Shown here: piece after piece, positions 1-9,312 of the stretch
How positions within the stretch are numbered: the first letter of the stretch is position 1
Layout: the number at the start of each line of letters is the position of its first letter
NCBI GenBank assembly: GCA_049968235.1
Contig: JBMFRC010000001.1
Span: forward strand, 160,001-224,000
Length of the DNA: 64,000 bases
Direction: 5' to 3'
From: Candidatus Hydrogenedens sp.
GTDB lineage: Bacteria; Hydrogenedentota; Hydrogenedentia; Hydrogenedentales; Hydrogenedentaceae
The notes under the pieces: model-generated
Told to the model about the DNA's origin: nothing
Database searches by the model: none
What the model saw: only the letters and a program-made list of their open reading frames with translations
Made by a program: the position numbers and the translations under genes

Positions 1-2867
1 AATAAAAACCGTTGATTGAAGATACCGAAAACATCAAAACCTAAACCTAATTGTATTGGTGGGTCTGACCACAAACTTAAATTGGTTACTCCATTCAACC
101 CTCTCCAATCATAAAAGGCAATATTAACAATATCAACCGCGTGATTCGATATATGGATAGGTTGTGTCGGATGAATATAAGTTTCCCTACCGAAGGTATT
201 ATCAGTACTATATGTTAATACAAGGTCATGTACTTCAAAACCTACTCTTTGTGGCTTTACATTATCCTGAGTGTGAGAGCGTTCCGTCCACCAGGGACTA
301 TTTATTCTACGACTTATCTCAGATGTAGAACCTGAAGGATATACTTCATCAATCCATTCCGTATCTTGAACATATTTTTTCTTCCAATCAAGATACATGT
401 TAGAAAACCATATTCCTCCATCCCAGTGTCCACCATCCCTCGGATTCCACCGTCTCGGCTCTATAAATGCACGGAAATCACCACCAAATAGTCCTCCCGG
501 GCCAGAGGTTCTTCCGGACAAATCTTTTCTCCCACTATTAGTTCTTAATACTATAAAATAATCCGGTTTCTCAATAGCAGTAGTAGAATAACCGAAATAA
601 TCTATTTTAGATTCAAAATATCCTGTAGGTGTCTCATTGGGACGACATCTCCTCCTACCCCCTGCAAATCTCAATCGCACCTTCCACCATGGGTCTCCTC
701 CTCCCGGTGGAAATGGTTCATACTCCCATGAAATTACTGTATCAACCATTCCTCCCTGGTCTTTAGAAGCAGGAATCATAGGATAATCAAGAAATGAAAT
801 CCCATAACTATTTCCAGAACTATCTAAAGGAACTGGTGGGTTAAATATCCCATTTCCTTCTTCTGTATCATAAGTATCATGATACAACCATGCCCCATTA
901 AAAGAATAATCATTTTGAACAGCAACAGAACAATCACCAGCATATGAAGTTGTTATGGGATCTAAGGCATAATTAGGATTAAACCCGCCATTACCCGGAG
1001 GTCCAAATGGGTCACCCCCAATATCTGTCAGGATAAGGTTTACTTCCCAAATCTGTGCATTTGGACTTCCATGAGCATTAATTCCTATTACAGGAATCCA
1101 TGAATCTACTGGCAAGACCTGTCGCAGGTCCATTATTTCTCCAGTAACTGCTTCAATAAAGGTATTAGAAATATCCCATCTCGGTCTTGTGTGCTCTGCT
1201 ACAGGGGTATACATAAAAAAGGGCCATCCCGAAAGATTGCAATTCTCTCCAGGACTATAATCCCCTGTTAAATCATATACATTAAAATGTGATTCATAGA
1301 ACTTTCCTTCATCCAAAAAATCTCCTTCATAAAAATTAGGACTATATGAATCTACAGGTTGCCCATTATTCTGCGTAAGGAAGGAACCAACTCCATAATT
1401 CCAGAATGGGAAAGGAACATTGCTTACTATTGATGAAAGAGTGGGACCTGTATAAGGTTGCATGCGGGCAGCGTTAACACGAACCCCGATTCTATTAAAA
1501 TTTTTCCATCTGTATGTCAAGCGAACCGCAACTATATAACCTGCCCCCGGGTCAGCACTTGCTGTTACCCATTGTTTTAAGATTCCCTCACTGGTATCTA
1601 CCCCATCATTGGTATTTGTAGCGACATCTAAATTTTTTACTTTTACAAACGGAAACAATTCTGTGGGAGGGGTATTTCTTGCTCTTACAGCGTTAAAAGG
1701 GTCCGTAGGGTCATAGTGTGGGCTTTGAGGATTCATTGTAAAATTAAGATTATAATTTAAATCCCTTGAGAAATTACCTTGAGCATTTGGCATTTCGTAA
1801 GGGAAACCATACCTATCCCATGTTAACATCGGTTTTCCAGGTTCGATACGGAAAGCATTGGGACTTCCTTGCAGATACACTAATCTACCATCATAATTGA
1901 AATCCAATACTTCATCTGGTTTGCCTTCAGGACCCGAGTCACAAAACAATCCGAATTCCAAAATATCCTCAGGCTCTATTGAAGGGGGCACTGTTTGAGG
2001 GTCATCATTCCTCAATGCTGCATACAAATGGTAACTCAATTGGACTAAAGTTCTTGGGGCAGGTTGGTCTGGGTTATATTTCATATTAAAATAAAAAAGA
2101 GGGACCCAATCGTTAAGAGGGACGAGACCCTGACCATCTTCTATTAAATCTTTTACTTCCATTGAAGCAGAATTGACTTGCGTGTCCTGGCGAACAATTA
2201 CATAGTCCTCTTTATAAGTAGGTTGTTCATTAAGAGGGGGGCAATATCTGTATTCCCCAGGATTATCCGGGTTTTCAAGTCGAATCCGCATCCCTATTGT
2301 ATATCTTCCTCCTGTCTGGAAATATTGGGAATTTTGTCCTCCAATGACAAAGACTTGTTGGTCGGGTGCAACACGAGGGTCATACTGCTGTTCTACCTGG
2401 AATTCCCATGCAAAGCCTGTAGTTCCAGGTATTCCACCTGTGTTACGACTGATATACCATGTGATATTTGTTATGTTTGGCATATCATTTGCATCAAATC
2501 CAGATAGTTCATATATCAGTCTAAATCCTACAGATAGAGGCGCTGCACCATCCGTCGGGTTTGCTATGAATCTTGCTGATAATTGGTCACATGTCGGATA
2601 AACAAGATTTGCAATTTGTCCTGGAACCAAAGAAGGTAGAATACCTAACAGAGCATCTGTCGGAGCAGAAGATGCAACTTGTATCCTCTTTTCCTGTTTC
2701 GGAATATCCGTATTCGTCATCTTATCATTAGAAGTATGTGGAAAAATAGATGGTTTTTCTGAATAAGTATTTTTACTCTCTTCCCCTGAAAAATAAAAAT
2801 TTACACCTAAAAGAAATGCACAACCTATTATCACGATAAATTGAAACGCCAAATAAAATTTATTCAT
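1..2867 (-). CDS. Large secreted or outer-membrane hypothetical protein, 5' end in the window and 3' end beyond the window start (at least 955 codons)
   Basis: This ORF is not in the ORF track, probably because it is incomplete. The minus-strand ATG is at 2867-2865. It is followed by a clear signal peptide (MNKFYLAFQFIVIIGCAFLLGV). I translated by eye down to position 1 without meeting a stop. The frame at the window edge (codon phase 2 mod 3) matches the frame of the ATG. No competing long ORF on the plus strand appears in the track for 1-2177. The protein is rich in aromatic and Gly residues. Confidence 0.6.
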   Translation of the reverse strand, partial: MNKFYLAFQFIVIIGCAFLLGVNFYFSGEESKNTYSEKPSIFPHTSNDKMTNTDIPKQEKRIQVASSAPTDALLGILPSLVPGQIANLVYPTCDQLSARFIANPTDGAAPLSVGFRLIYELSGFDANDMPNITNITWYISRNTGGIPGTTGFAWEFQVEQQYDPRVAPDQQVFVIGGQNSQYFQTGGRYTIGMRIRLENPDNPGEYRYCPPLNEQPTYKEDYVIVRQDTQVNSASMEVKDLIEDGQGLVPLNDWVPLFYFNMKYNPDQPAPRTLVQLSYHLYAALRNDDPQTVPPSIEPEDILEFGLFCDSGPEGKPDEVLDFNYDGRLVYLQGSPNAFRIEPGKPMLTWDRYGFPYEMPNAQGNFSRDLNYNLNFTMNPQSPHYDPTDPFNAVRARNTPPTELFPFVKVKNLDVATNTNDGVDTSEGILKQWVTASADPGAGYIVAVRLTYRWKNFNRIGVRVNAARMQPYTGPTLSSIVSNVPFPFWNYGVGSFLTQNNGQPVDSYSPNFYEGDFLDEGKFYESHFNVYDLTGDYSPGENCNLSGWPFFMYTPVAEHTRPRWDISNTFIEAVTGEIMDLRQVLPVDSWIPVIGINAHGSPNAQIWEVNLILTDIGGDPFGPPGNGGFNPNYALDPITTSYAGDCSVAVQNDYSFNGAWLYHDTYDTEEGNGIFNPPVPLDSSGNSYGISFLDYPMIPASKDQGGMVDTVISWEYEPFPPGGGDPWWKVRLRFAGGRRRCRPNETPTGYFESKIDYFGYSTTAIEKPDYFIVLRTNSGRKDLSGRTSGPGGLFGGDFRAFIEPRRWNPRDGGHWDGGIWFSNMYLDWKKKYVQDTEWIDEVYPSGSTSEISRRINSPWWTERSHTQDNVKPQRVGFEVHDLVLTYSTDNTFGRETYIHPTQPIHISNHAVDIVNIAFYDWRGLNGVTNLSLWSDPPIQLGLGFDVFGIFNQRFL

Positions 2868-3298
2868 TCGTTTCACGGCAACTTGCTCCTTATATTTTAT
2901 TCATATCCTTTTGCAATTCTTTAAATTTTATATGTATATCTTTAACTCTTTGCAGATGGAATATCTATCCTCCTACAAATATGTTGTATTAAAAGTATTT
3001 TACTACATACATAATATATATCTGAAACTTTTATCCTTTCTTAAAACCATTTTTTCGATAATAGTTTAACATTTATTAATAACCAATATACAATTTTTTA
3101 TTACATAAATTATAATATAATCTTATAATTATGTCAACAATTTATTTCATTTTCAAATTATTTTTGTCTTTTTATTCTACTTTTTTTAATAAATTAATTT
3201 TACAGCATATTTAACACACATTTGTCAAGAGAAATCTTTACTGAAAACTTTAATAAAAGGAACAAAATCGGATGTCAGATAAGAAAATCCTTTTAATT

Positions 3299-5197
3299 TT
3301 ATCGGGAATTATCCACATCACTCACAGACTTTAACATATCACGAACAAGGTCTACCAATTCTTGCCTCACCTGATAAACACCCTGTTTTCCCTCTTTCTT
3401 TGCCCAGCGATAACGCGAGTCCATATCGTTTATTGCACCTATATTTAATGTACCTGCCAGGATACTGGGAGTTTGTTTTTTCTCTGCAAGTTTAATAGAA
3501 ATGGTAAGTGTAATCTCTCCTATTTTTGTTTCATCCTCTTTTTGATTGCTCACATAACCTGCTGTTAAAGTTGACATATAACGAAGTAACCGAAGTAAAT
3601 CGCCCTGATTTGTTAATACTTTATTTTCAGGTTTTTTTATGGTCCATTGCCCATCAATCTGTGAAAACATAAATGATTGAGAATCTATGATAATTCCAAT
3701 TTCTTGAACTTCTGCCGGAGAAAATCGATATAAAAGTAAGCTGCGGAAACTCTCCGGGCGAACCCAGATTTGAGAAATAATTTCTTTTGAAATAATTCCA
3801 ACTTCTCCGGTGTCGTTATTAATGTAAGAGTGCAATTCATCATCAGGAACAGGGACATATCGGATTTCAAAGGTTTTTCCATCTTCCATAGTAAACCGTA
3901 ATATATCTTTTGATTTATTTAATCCTCGTTCTTCCCATGTTCCTCCGGGAAAACTTTGCACCTCTATGTTCTTTAATTTACCCAGATAATCATTTATAGT
4001 TAATACATCAATATCTTCTAACGGGGGGTCAGACATCACCCATCCTTTTTCTTTTGTTTTTTCAAGTATAAATACAGTTTGTTCACCTTCCATTCTTTCT
4101 ATTTTATTTACATTTGTTAGTTCATTTGTAAAAATTTTACGATTTCTAAAACTTTCGGGAGAACGAGGTAATAATTGCAAGAATTGAGGGTCTAATAAAA
4201 AGACAGAGTTCTGTCCTGATAATTTTGCGAAGACACCCGTACATTCCGATAATTTCAATCGTTTTCGTTTTTCTTTATCTTTCTCCTGAGTACTTTGTCC
4301 TGCGGTTTGCACTCCTCCTAAAAATAATGTTTGAGGTTTTTTGTATTTTGCATCCAGATAGGTTAATCGGCATCGAGGAGGGTCTAACCCATAATCAGAC
4401 AAACTTTCAGGATTATCTATAAAGTCTCTTGCAACACCGTATTGTATCTCTGATGCAAGAGCATTTACGGCTTCCTGGTCTGCAAGTCCTTGACTCGGTG
4501 CTATAATTTTCCATGGAGATTTTTCATTTTCCCGTTCCATTATAACCGCAGTGGATTCTTCACCAATTTTGGGCGTGTAATTTGCGTCCTGGATGTTATC
4601 ATCTTCGGTCCATATCCGCGTATATTCGATACGAATCAAAGGAGTTTCTCGCTCTGTAACTAAAAATCGGAATCGCAAATCTTCTAATGAACGATTTAAT
4701 TCAAAAAATTGTTTGTCATCCACTAAAAATACCGACTGTCCATCCATTGTTGTATAACGGTAAGTACTGGTAGGGTCAAGAAGTCCAAAATTTAGTTCTA
4801 TCGGTTCTTTCATTCCATCAATTACCGCTTTAACAGTCAAACTCGGTTTGTCCAGACCGTATGCAGTTTTATCATCCATTTTTGCAACCAGTGTTCTCTG
4901 ATTTTTTAGTTCGGCAAGATTTTTTGCAACCCGTTCCCACATCAATTGAAATGCTGGAATATCCGTAGAGGGTTTTATAAAACACCATTTCCCCTCCGTA
5001 TTTTTTTTAGCGATACATGCGAATTTTCCTGCCTGCTGTATATAAAGTTCGCGGACTGTCTGTGGCTCAAATGAAAAAACCTTCTTTACCTCTTCCCGAA
5101 TCGTTTGTTGCTCTTCCTTTTGCCAATCTAAGAACCAATAGAAAGAAAGGAGACATACCAGAATTATTATCAGAACTATGGTATTACGCCATTTCAC
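3299..5197 (-). CDS. DUF4340-like protein, the terminal gene of the GldG-type ABC operon. It has an N-terminal TM helix.
   Basis: The track ORF is 3299..5284. I prefer a GTG start at 5197 in the same frame. It sits 8 nt after a strong SD (AAGGAGGA) and overlaps the upstream TGA stop by 4 nt (GTGA). The N-terminus then reads VKWRNTIVLIIILVCLL, a TM helix. The position directly after a GldG-like gene is typical for the DUF4340 family. Confidence 0.55.
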   Translation of the reverse strand: MKWRNTIVLIIILVCLLSFYWFLDWQKEEQQTIREEVKKVFSFEPQTVRELYIQQAGKFACIAKKNTEGKWCFIKPSTDIPAFQLMWERVAKNLAELKNQRTLVAKMDDKTAYGLDKPSLTVKAVIDGMKEPIELNFGLLDPTSTYRYTTMDGQSVFLVDDKQFFELNRSLEDLRFRFLVTERETPLIRIEYTRIWTEDDNIQDANYTPKIGEESTAVIMERENEKSPWKIIAPSQGLADQEAVNALASEIQYGVARDFIDNPESLSDYGLDPPRCRLTYLDAKYKKPQTLFLGGVQTAGQSTQEKDKEKRKRLKLSECTGVFAKLSGQNSVFLLDPQFLQLLPRSPESFRNRKIFTNELTNVNKIERMEGEQTVFILEKTKEKGWVMSDPPLEDIDVLTINDYLGKLKNIEVQSFPGGTWEERGLNKSKDILRFTMEDGKTFEIRYVPVPDDELHSYINNDTGEVGIISKEIISQIWVRPESFRSLLLYRFSPAEVQEIGIIIDSQSFMFSQIDGQWTIKKPENKVLTNQGDLLRLLRYMSTLTAGYVSNQKEDETKIGEITLTISIKLAEKKQTPSILAGTLNIGAINDMDSRYRWAKKEGKQGVYQVRQELVDLVRDMLKSVSDVDNSR

Positions 5198-6858
5198 TTT
5201 AATTTCCTCCTTACAAAATAGACAAAAATTCCTGCGAACAAAACAATTTGAGGTGTCATCATCACAGCACACCAGAGCAACCATTGTTTTTGAGTGTTTG
5301 TAAGGACTATCGGTTTGTCTTCCTTTGTTGTCGGACGGATAGCAATAAGTTCATCGTGTTCCGTAAGCCATGCTAAACTATTTAATAGAAAATTAATATG
5401 TCCTCCGATACTAATCCGCTCATTGGTAATAAAATCTGCATCTCCCACGACAACAAAACGGCTTCGTTTTTTCGTTCCATCTGCCTGGTCTTTCGTTCGT
5501 ACTCCTGCTACCGCCACATAAAGTGGTCCTTCTTTCTCACCGGCCTCATACTTCACAGTTCCACCTTCTGCTAACCGAGAGAGGTCTGTTTCTGCCCAAT
5601 AATCGGGTGGTGTCCTGAGTAAAGGGAAAACCTGCAAATTCTCCGGCATTTTTTCAATAGGGTTAACAGTTCGCACTGCTCGCCATAGTAAAGGCTGGTC
5701 CATTCGTTGTGTAATGGGATGGTCAATACGCATGGAACCCCGAAAATCCATAAAGTCTTTTTCTACATTTTCAAAAGGCTGTGGGTCCGAACGGAATTCT
5801 ATTTCCCATGGATTTTTTCGCTGAATTGTAAAAGCAATATCCGAGCCGACATTGATACCCAATTGTTCCTTCAACCATGGACGCAAATTTTCTGCCCCAC
5901 TTTTGCCCAAACGAACACTTATCCATGGTTCAAATAAGATAAAAAGACGGCCCCCTGCATTTAGGAAATTTAAAATGGCATTCAATTCTTCACGGTTCAA
6001 ATCTCCTTTGGGATTATGAATAATAACTGCTTCATAACTTTTGGGAACTTCGGGCAATTCAATACTTATCTGGAAAGGCTCAATTTTATATGTCTCGCCT
6101 TCTATAATCTTTTTCGCTGTAGAAAGCCCGCCCGGACTGGTATCATCAATCGGTGTCTCATCATGTCCTGTTAAATATCCAATTTTTGTTTCGGTCTCTT
6201 TTAATACATTAATTAAAGATTGAGTGAAATCTCGTTCCTCCATGCGCGGATTAGCACCACTCAACATAATAACCCTCTGGCGAGTGCCACATTTTAATAC
6301 AATAGTTCCCTGAGTTGATGCGTGGGTTATTTCCAGTGCTTCCAGACGGGCACGGTCTATTTGCGGGTCCAAAATTTCTATATTTAAAAAGGGTGTATGT
6401 TTTTTACACTGCTCTAAAAAACGAAGGGTTTTATCTCGGGCAATTACCACAGATTCTTCGTCAATATTGATAAAGAAACACAATACTTTTACTTCTTTGT
6501 TGATTGACTGCAAAACTTTAATGGTTTGTGGGGATAATGTTCGACGACCTTCTTCTGTCAGGTCAACGGAAATATCCCATCGCAAGACGAAAGCATATAG
6601 AACTATGCAAATCCCTAAAAAAGTAAGTGTCGAAAGGACTGCATTTAAACCCGAAACAGCACGACCTGACCAACCTGATTCCATCACAATATTCCAGAAA
6701 ACTGTCCCTAACCAGATAATACCTGAAACAACAAAAACTCCTCCCAATAATAAAACCCACAGATTAAAAGCATCCTGCTTCCAAACAACATAATTTAAAA
6801 CAATCAGTAAACTGATGGCAGAAATAATACCGCTATAAGTCTTTAAATACCTTTTCAT
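5194..6858 (-). CDS. gldG: GldG-like ABC-transporter auxiliary protein (ABC-type uncharacterized transport system component)
   Basis: 554 aa with N- and C-terminal TM helices around a large periplasmic domain. It lies directly downstream of an ABC-2 permease and an ATPase. AGGAG sits 11 nt before the ATG. Confidence 0.7.
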   Translation of the reverse strand: MKRYLKTYSGIISAISLLIVLNYVVWKQDAFNLWVLLLGGVFVVSGIIWLGTVFWNIVMESGWSGRAVSGLNAVLSTLTFLGICIVLYAFVLRWDISVDLTEEGRRTLSPQTIKVLQSINKEVKVLCFFINIDEESVVIARDKTLRFLEQCKKHTPFLNIEILDPQIDRARLEALEITHASTQGTIVLKCGTRQRVIMLSGANPRMEERDFTQSLINVLKETETKIGYLTGHDETPIDDTSPGGLSTAKKIIEGETYKIEPFQISIELPEVPKSYEAVIIHNPKGDLNREELNAILNFLNAGGRLFILFEPWISVRLGKSGAENLRPWLKEQLGINVGSDIAFTIQRKNPWEIEFRSDPQPFENVEKDFMDFRGSMRIDHPITQRMDQPLLWRAVRTVNPIEKMPENLQVFPLLRTPPDYWAETDLSRLAEGGTVKYEAGEKEGPLYVAVAGVRTKDQADGTKKRSRFVVVGDADFITNERISIGGHINFLLNSLAWLTEHDELIAIRPTTKEDKPIVLTNTQKQWLLWCAVMMTPQIVLFAGIFVYFVRRKLK

Positions 6859-6873
6859 CGGCTAATAATACTC

Positions 6874-7704
6874 CTACTTTCGCCAGTTTCTCGACTCTAA
6901 GGAACGGAATGTCAAAAATATAAAGAAGGCTGTGCAAAGAAAGTAATAGGCTATGTCCTTCGGTTCGACTATTCCCAATGCCATATTCTTCGCATGATTA
7001 TCTAATGGTAGTTCTAATAATAAAGAACGAAATAGAACATATAACTTTTCAACAATATTTTTTAACATTAACGGGAAAGAATTGGGCAATGGGGCAGATG
7101 CAGGTAATTTCTCTGCAACATTTCCAATAATAAACATCATTAAATAAATTCCAAAACTTACTAAACCTGCCGTTATTGGATAGGTTATCAAGGAGGAAAT
7201 AAATAAGCCGACACTTAAGACAGCCATTCCCATTAAAAAGACAGAACATAGTCCAAATAATAAAACACTCCATTCAACATCAGTAAACGGGAGCAGTAAA
7301 CAAACATTTAAGCTAATAAGAACTGTTGCCAGTAATAACACCGCTAATGCGGAGCTGAATTTCCCAAAAATAATGTCCCTATCTCGTAACGGATAAGTCA
7401 ACATTAGTTCCATTGTTCCTCGATGATATTCCTCAGAAAGTAACCGCATGGTAATTATCGGCGATAAAAACATAATCATAATTCCACAAAATACAAAATA
7501 CGGACTTAAAAAAGTCTCCTCAAAATCAGGCACAGAGGAATAGCCAAACTGAAACGGTGACTGAGAAATTTGCACATATGTCAAAAATGACATCACGAAG
7601 GCTGTACCTGTCAATAACGCAATTAAACCTAAAATCACATACCCCGAAGGTGTTACAAAAAAACTCATGAATTCTCTTTTCCCGATGTTCCACACAGATT
7701 TCAT
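6874..7704 (-). CDS. ABC-2 family transporter permease (GldF-like)
   Basis: 276 aa polytopic membrane protein. It is translationally coupled to the upstream ATPase with a 4-nt gap. Confidence 0.75.
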   Translation of the reverse strand: MKSVWNIGKREFMSFFVTPSGYVILGLIALLTGTAFVMSFLTYVQISQSPFQFGYSSVPDFEETFLSPYFVFCGIMIMFLSPIITMRLLSEEYHRGTMELMLTYPLRDRDIIFGKFSSALAVLLLATVLISLNVCLLLPFTDVEWSVLLFGLCSVFLMGMAVLSVGLFISSLITYPITAGLVSFGIYLMMFIIGNVAEKLPASAPLPNSFPLMLKNIVEKLYVLFRSLLLELPLDNHAKNMALGIVEPKDIAYYFLCTAFFIFLTFRSLESRNWRK

Positions 7705-7708
7705 CGTT

Positions 7709-8425
7709 CTATCCTATCTCTTCTTTTGATATAGCCTTCAAAAATGCTTGTTCAATTTCTGCGGATGGCTGAAGAGGGTCAATTGGAATTCCTGCCACAA
7801 TCTCGCCTCTATTTAAAATTAAAGCACGGGAACACAACAATGATACTTCAGAAAGAATATGCGTACTTAATAGAACCGTATGTTTCTCACCTAAATTTTT
7901 TATCAACTCTCGAATCTCAACTACCTGTTGTGGGTCTAAACCAACCGTTGGCTCATCTAAAATAATTACAGGCGGAGAACCCAGTAATGCCTGTGCCAAA
8001 CCTAATCGTTGCCGATACCCTTTTGATAGAACACCCACCACACGGTTAAAAACCTGTTCTAAACCACAAGTGTGAACTACTTCATCCACCGCTGACCTCC
8101 ACTCTCCCCCTGAAATTCCTTTTACCTTTGCTACAAATTTCAGAAAAGATTTAACCGTCATTTCATCATACAAGGGGACTCGTTCCGGCAAATAACCAAT
8201 TAACCGCTTTGCCTCCAGAGGATATTCATGAATTTCATACTGTCCAATTTTCGCTATTCCATAACTTGCAGGCATAAAACCTGTAAGAATACGCATCATC
8301 GTGCTTTTCCCTGCACCATTCGGTCCTAACAATCCCACACGCTCCCCTTCTTGAATGGAAAAAGAGACATCCTTCAACGCACAAAATAAACCATAATATT
8401 TCGTTAACTTCTGCACATCAATCAT
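7709..8425 (-). CDS. ABC transporter ATP-binding protein (GldA-like)
   Basis: Walker A GPNGAGKST, signature LSKGYRQRL, and Walker B ILDEPTVGLD are all present. Confidence 0.9.
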   Translation of the reverse strand: MIDVQKLTKYYGLFCALKDVSFSIQEGERVGLLGPNGAGKSTMMRILTGFMPASYGIAKIGQYEIHEYPLEAKRLIGYLPERVPLYDEMTVKSFLKFVAKVKGISGGEWRSAVDEVVHTCGLEQVFNRVVGVLSKGYRQRLGLAQALLGSPPVIILDEPTVGLDPQQVVEIRELIKNLGEKHTVLLSTHILSEVSLLCSRALILNRGEIVAGIPIDPLQPSAEIEQAFLKAISKEEIG

Positions 8426-8767
8426 AATTAAAATCTCTGATTAATTTTATTTTATCTCTCATTTTTACTTACCTGTTTTACATCTGTTCTTTCATAAATT
8501 TCTTTAACAATATAATAATAGAGTATCGATTTGACAAAAACATATCTCAAACTGGTAATTTGTTGACATTATTATATAGATTTTCATATATCAATCGGCA
8601 TTTTTTTCTTACAGACAGGAACAGTTTTCCGATAAAAACGCCTCGCTTTTCAAATTATATGACCATACTCTATTGATTTTCAGTGTCTTAAATCAAATTT
8701 TTAGCTCAAAAAAAATATGGCACAAAATATGCTAACAATTGTATAGTAAATAAAGAAAGGATGTAGT

Positions 8768-8968
8768 ATGATAGTTCAATGTTGCGTATGCAGAAAAATC
8801 AGACACGATGCAGAATGGATAATACCTACCCGGTATCAACTAATGAATCAACAAATCAGCCATACTTATTGCCCTGCCTGTGCTCATAAAACTATTACCG
8901 AATACCGCAAAACCCATGCAACCCTTCTCCCCAACCTCACTCCTAAAACAACTCACCAATCCGCATAA
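8768..8968 (+). CDS. Small putative zinc-ribbon protein (66 aa)
   Basis: Two CxxC pairs (CCVCRK ... CPAC) are about 27 residues apart. An SD-like AAGGA sits about 6 nt before the ATG. The ORF lies in an otherwise non-coding 0.9 kb intergenic region. Confidence 0.35.
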   Translation: MIVQCCVCRKIRHDAEWIIPTRYQLMNQQISHTYCPACAHKTITEYRKTHATLLPNLTPKTTHQSA

Positions 8969-9312
8969 AATCCCTCAAACCAGCACAAGTAGTTTGAAAG
9001 CAAAAGTATAGATAAGTTGCTTATTTGAAATAAATTCCTTAATTTTCTGATTATCCCGTTCCGATAAGATATACTCTGATAAACTGCAAAAGTGCTTAAA
9101 AAAGATTTTATCCTTTTAATACAAGTTCACAATTACCAGAATAAAACTTTTTTCCTTTGCCCTTCCTGTAAATAATCTTTCATATACTATTTATTGTATT
9201 TGTTACATTCAGAGGACTCAAACATTTTGCCAGTTATTTTAATAATTAGGGTTTCTGTATAATTATCATAAATAATTTAAACAAATTAATTTTTCTTTAC
9301 AAGGAAACAGAT

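Noticed and set aside
2178-2601. Two plus-strand ORFs (109 and 85 aa) inside the first region
   Set aside because: They lie antisense to, and entirely within, the long minus-strand secreted-protein ORF. They are Cys/Ser-rich low-complexity translations typical of shadow ORFs.
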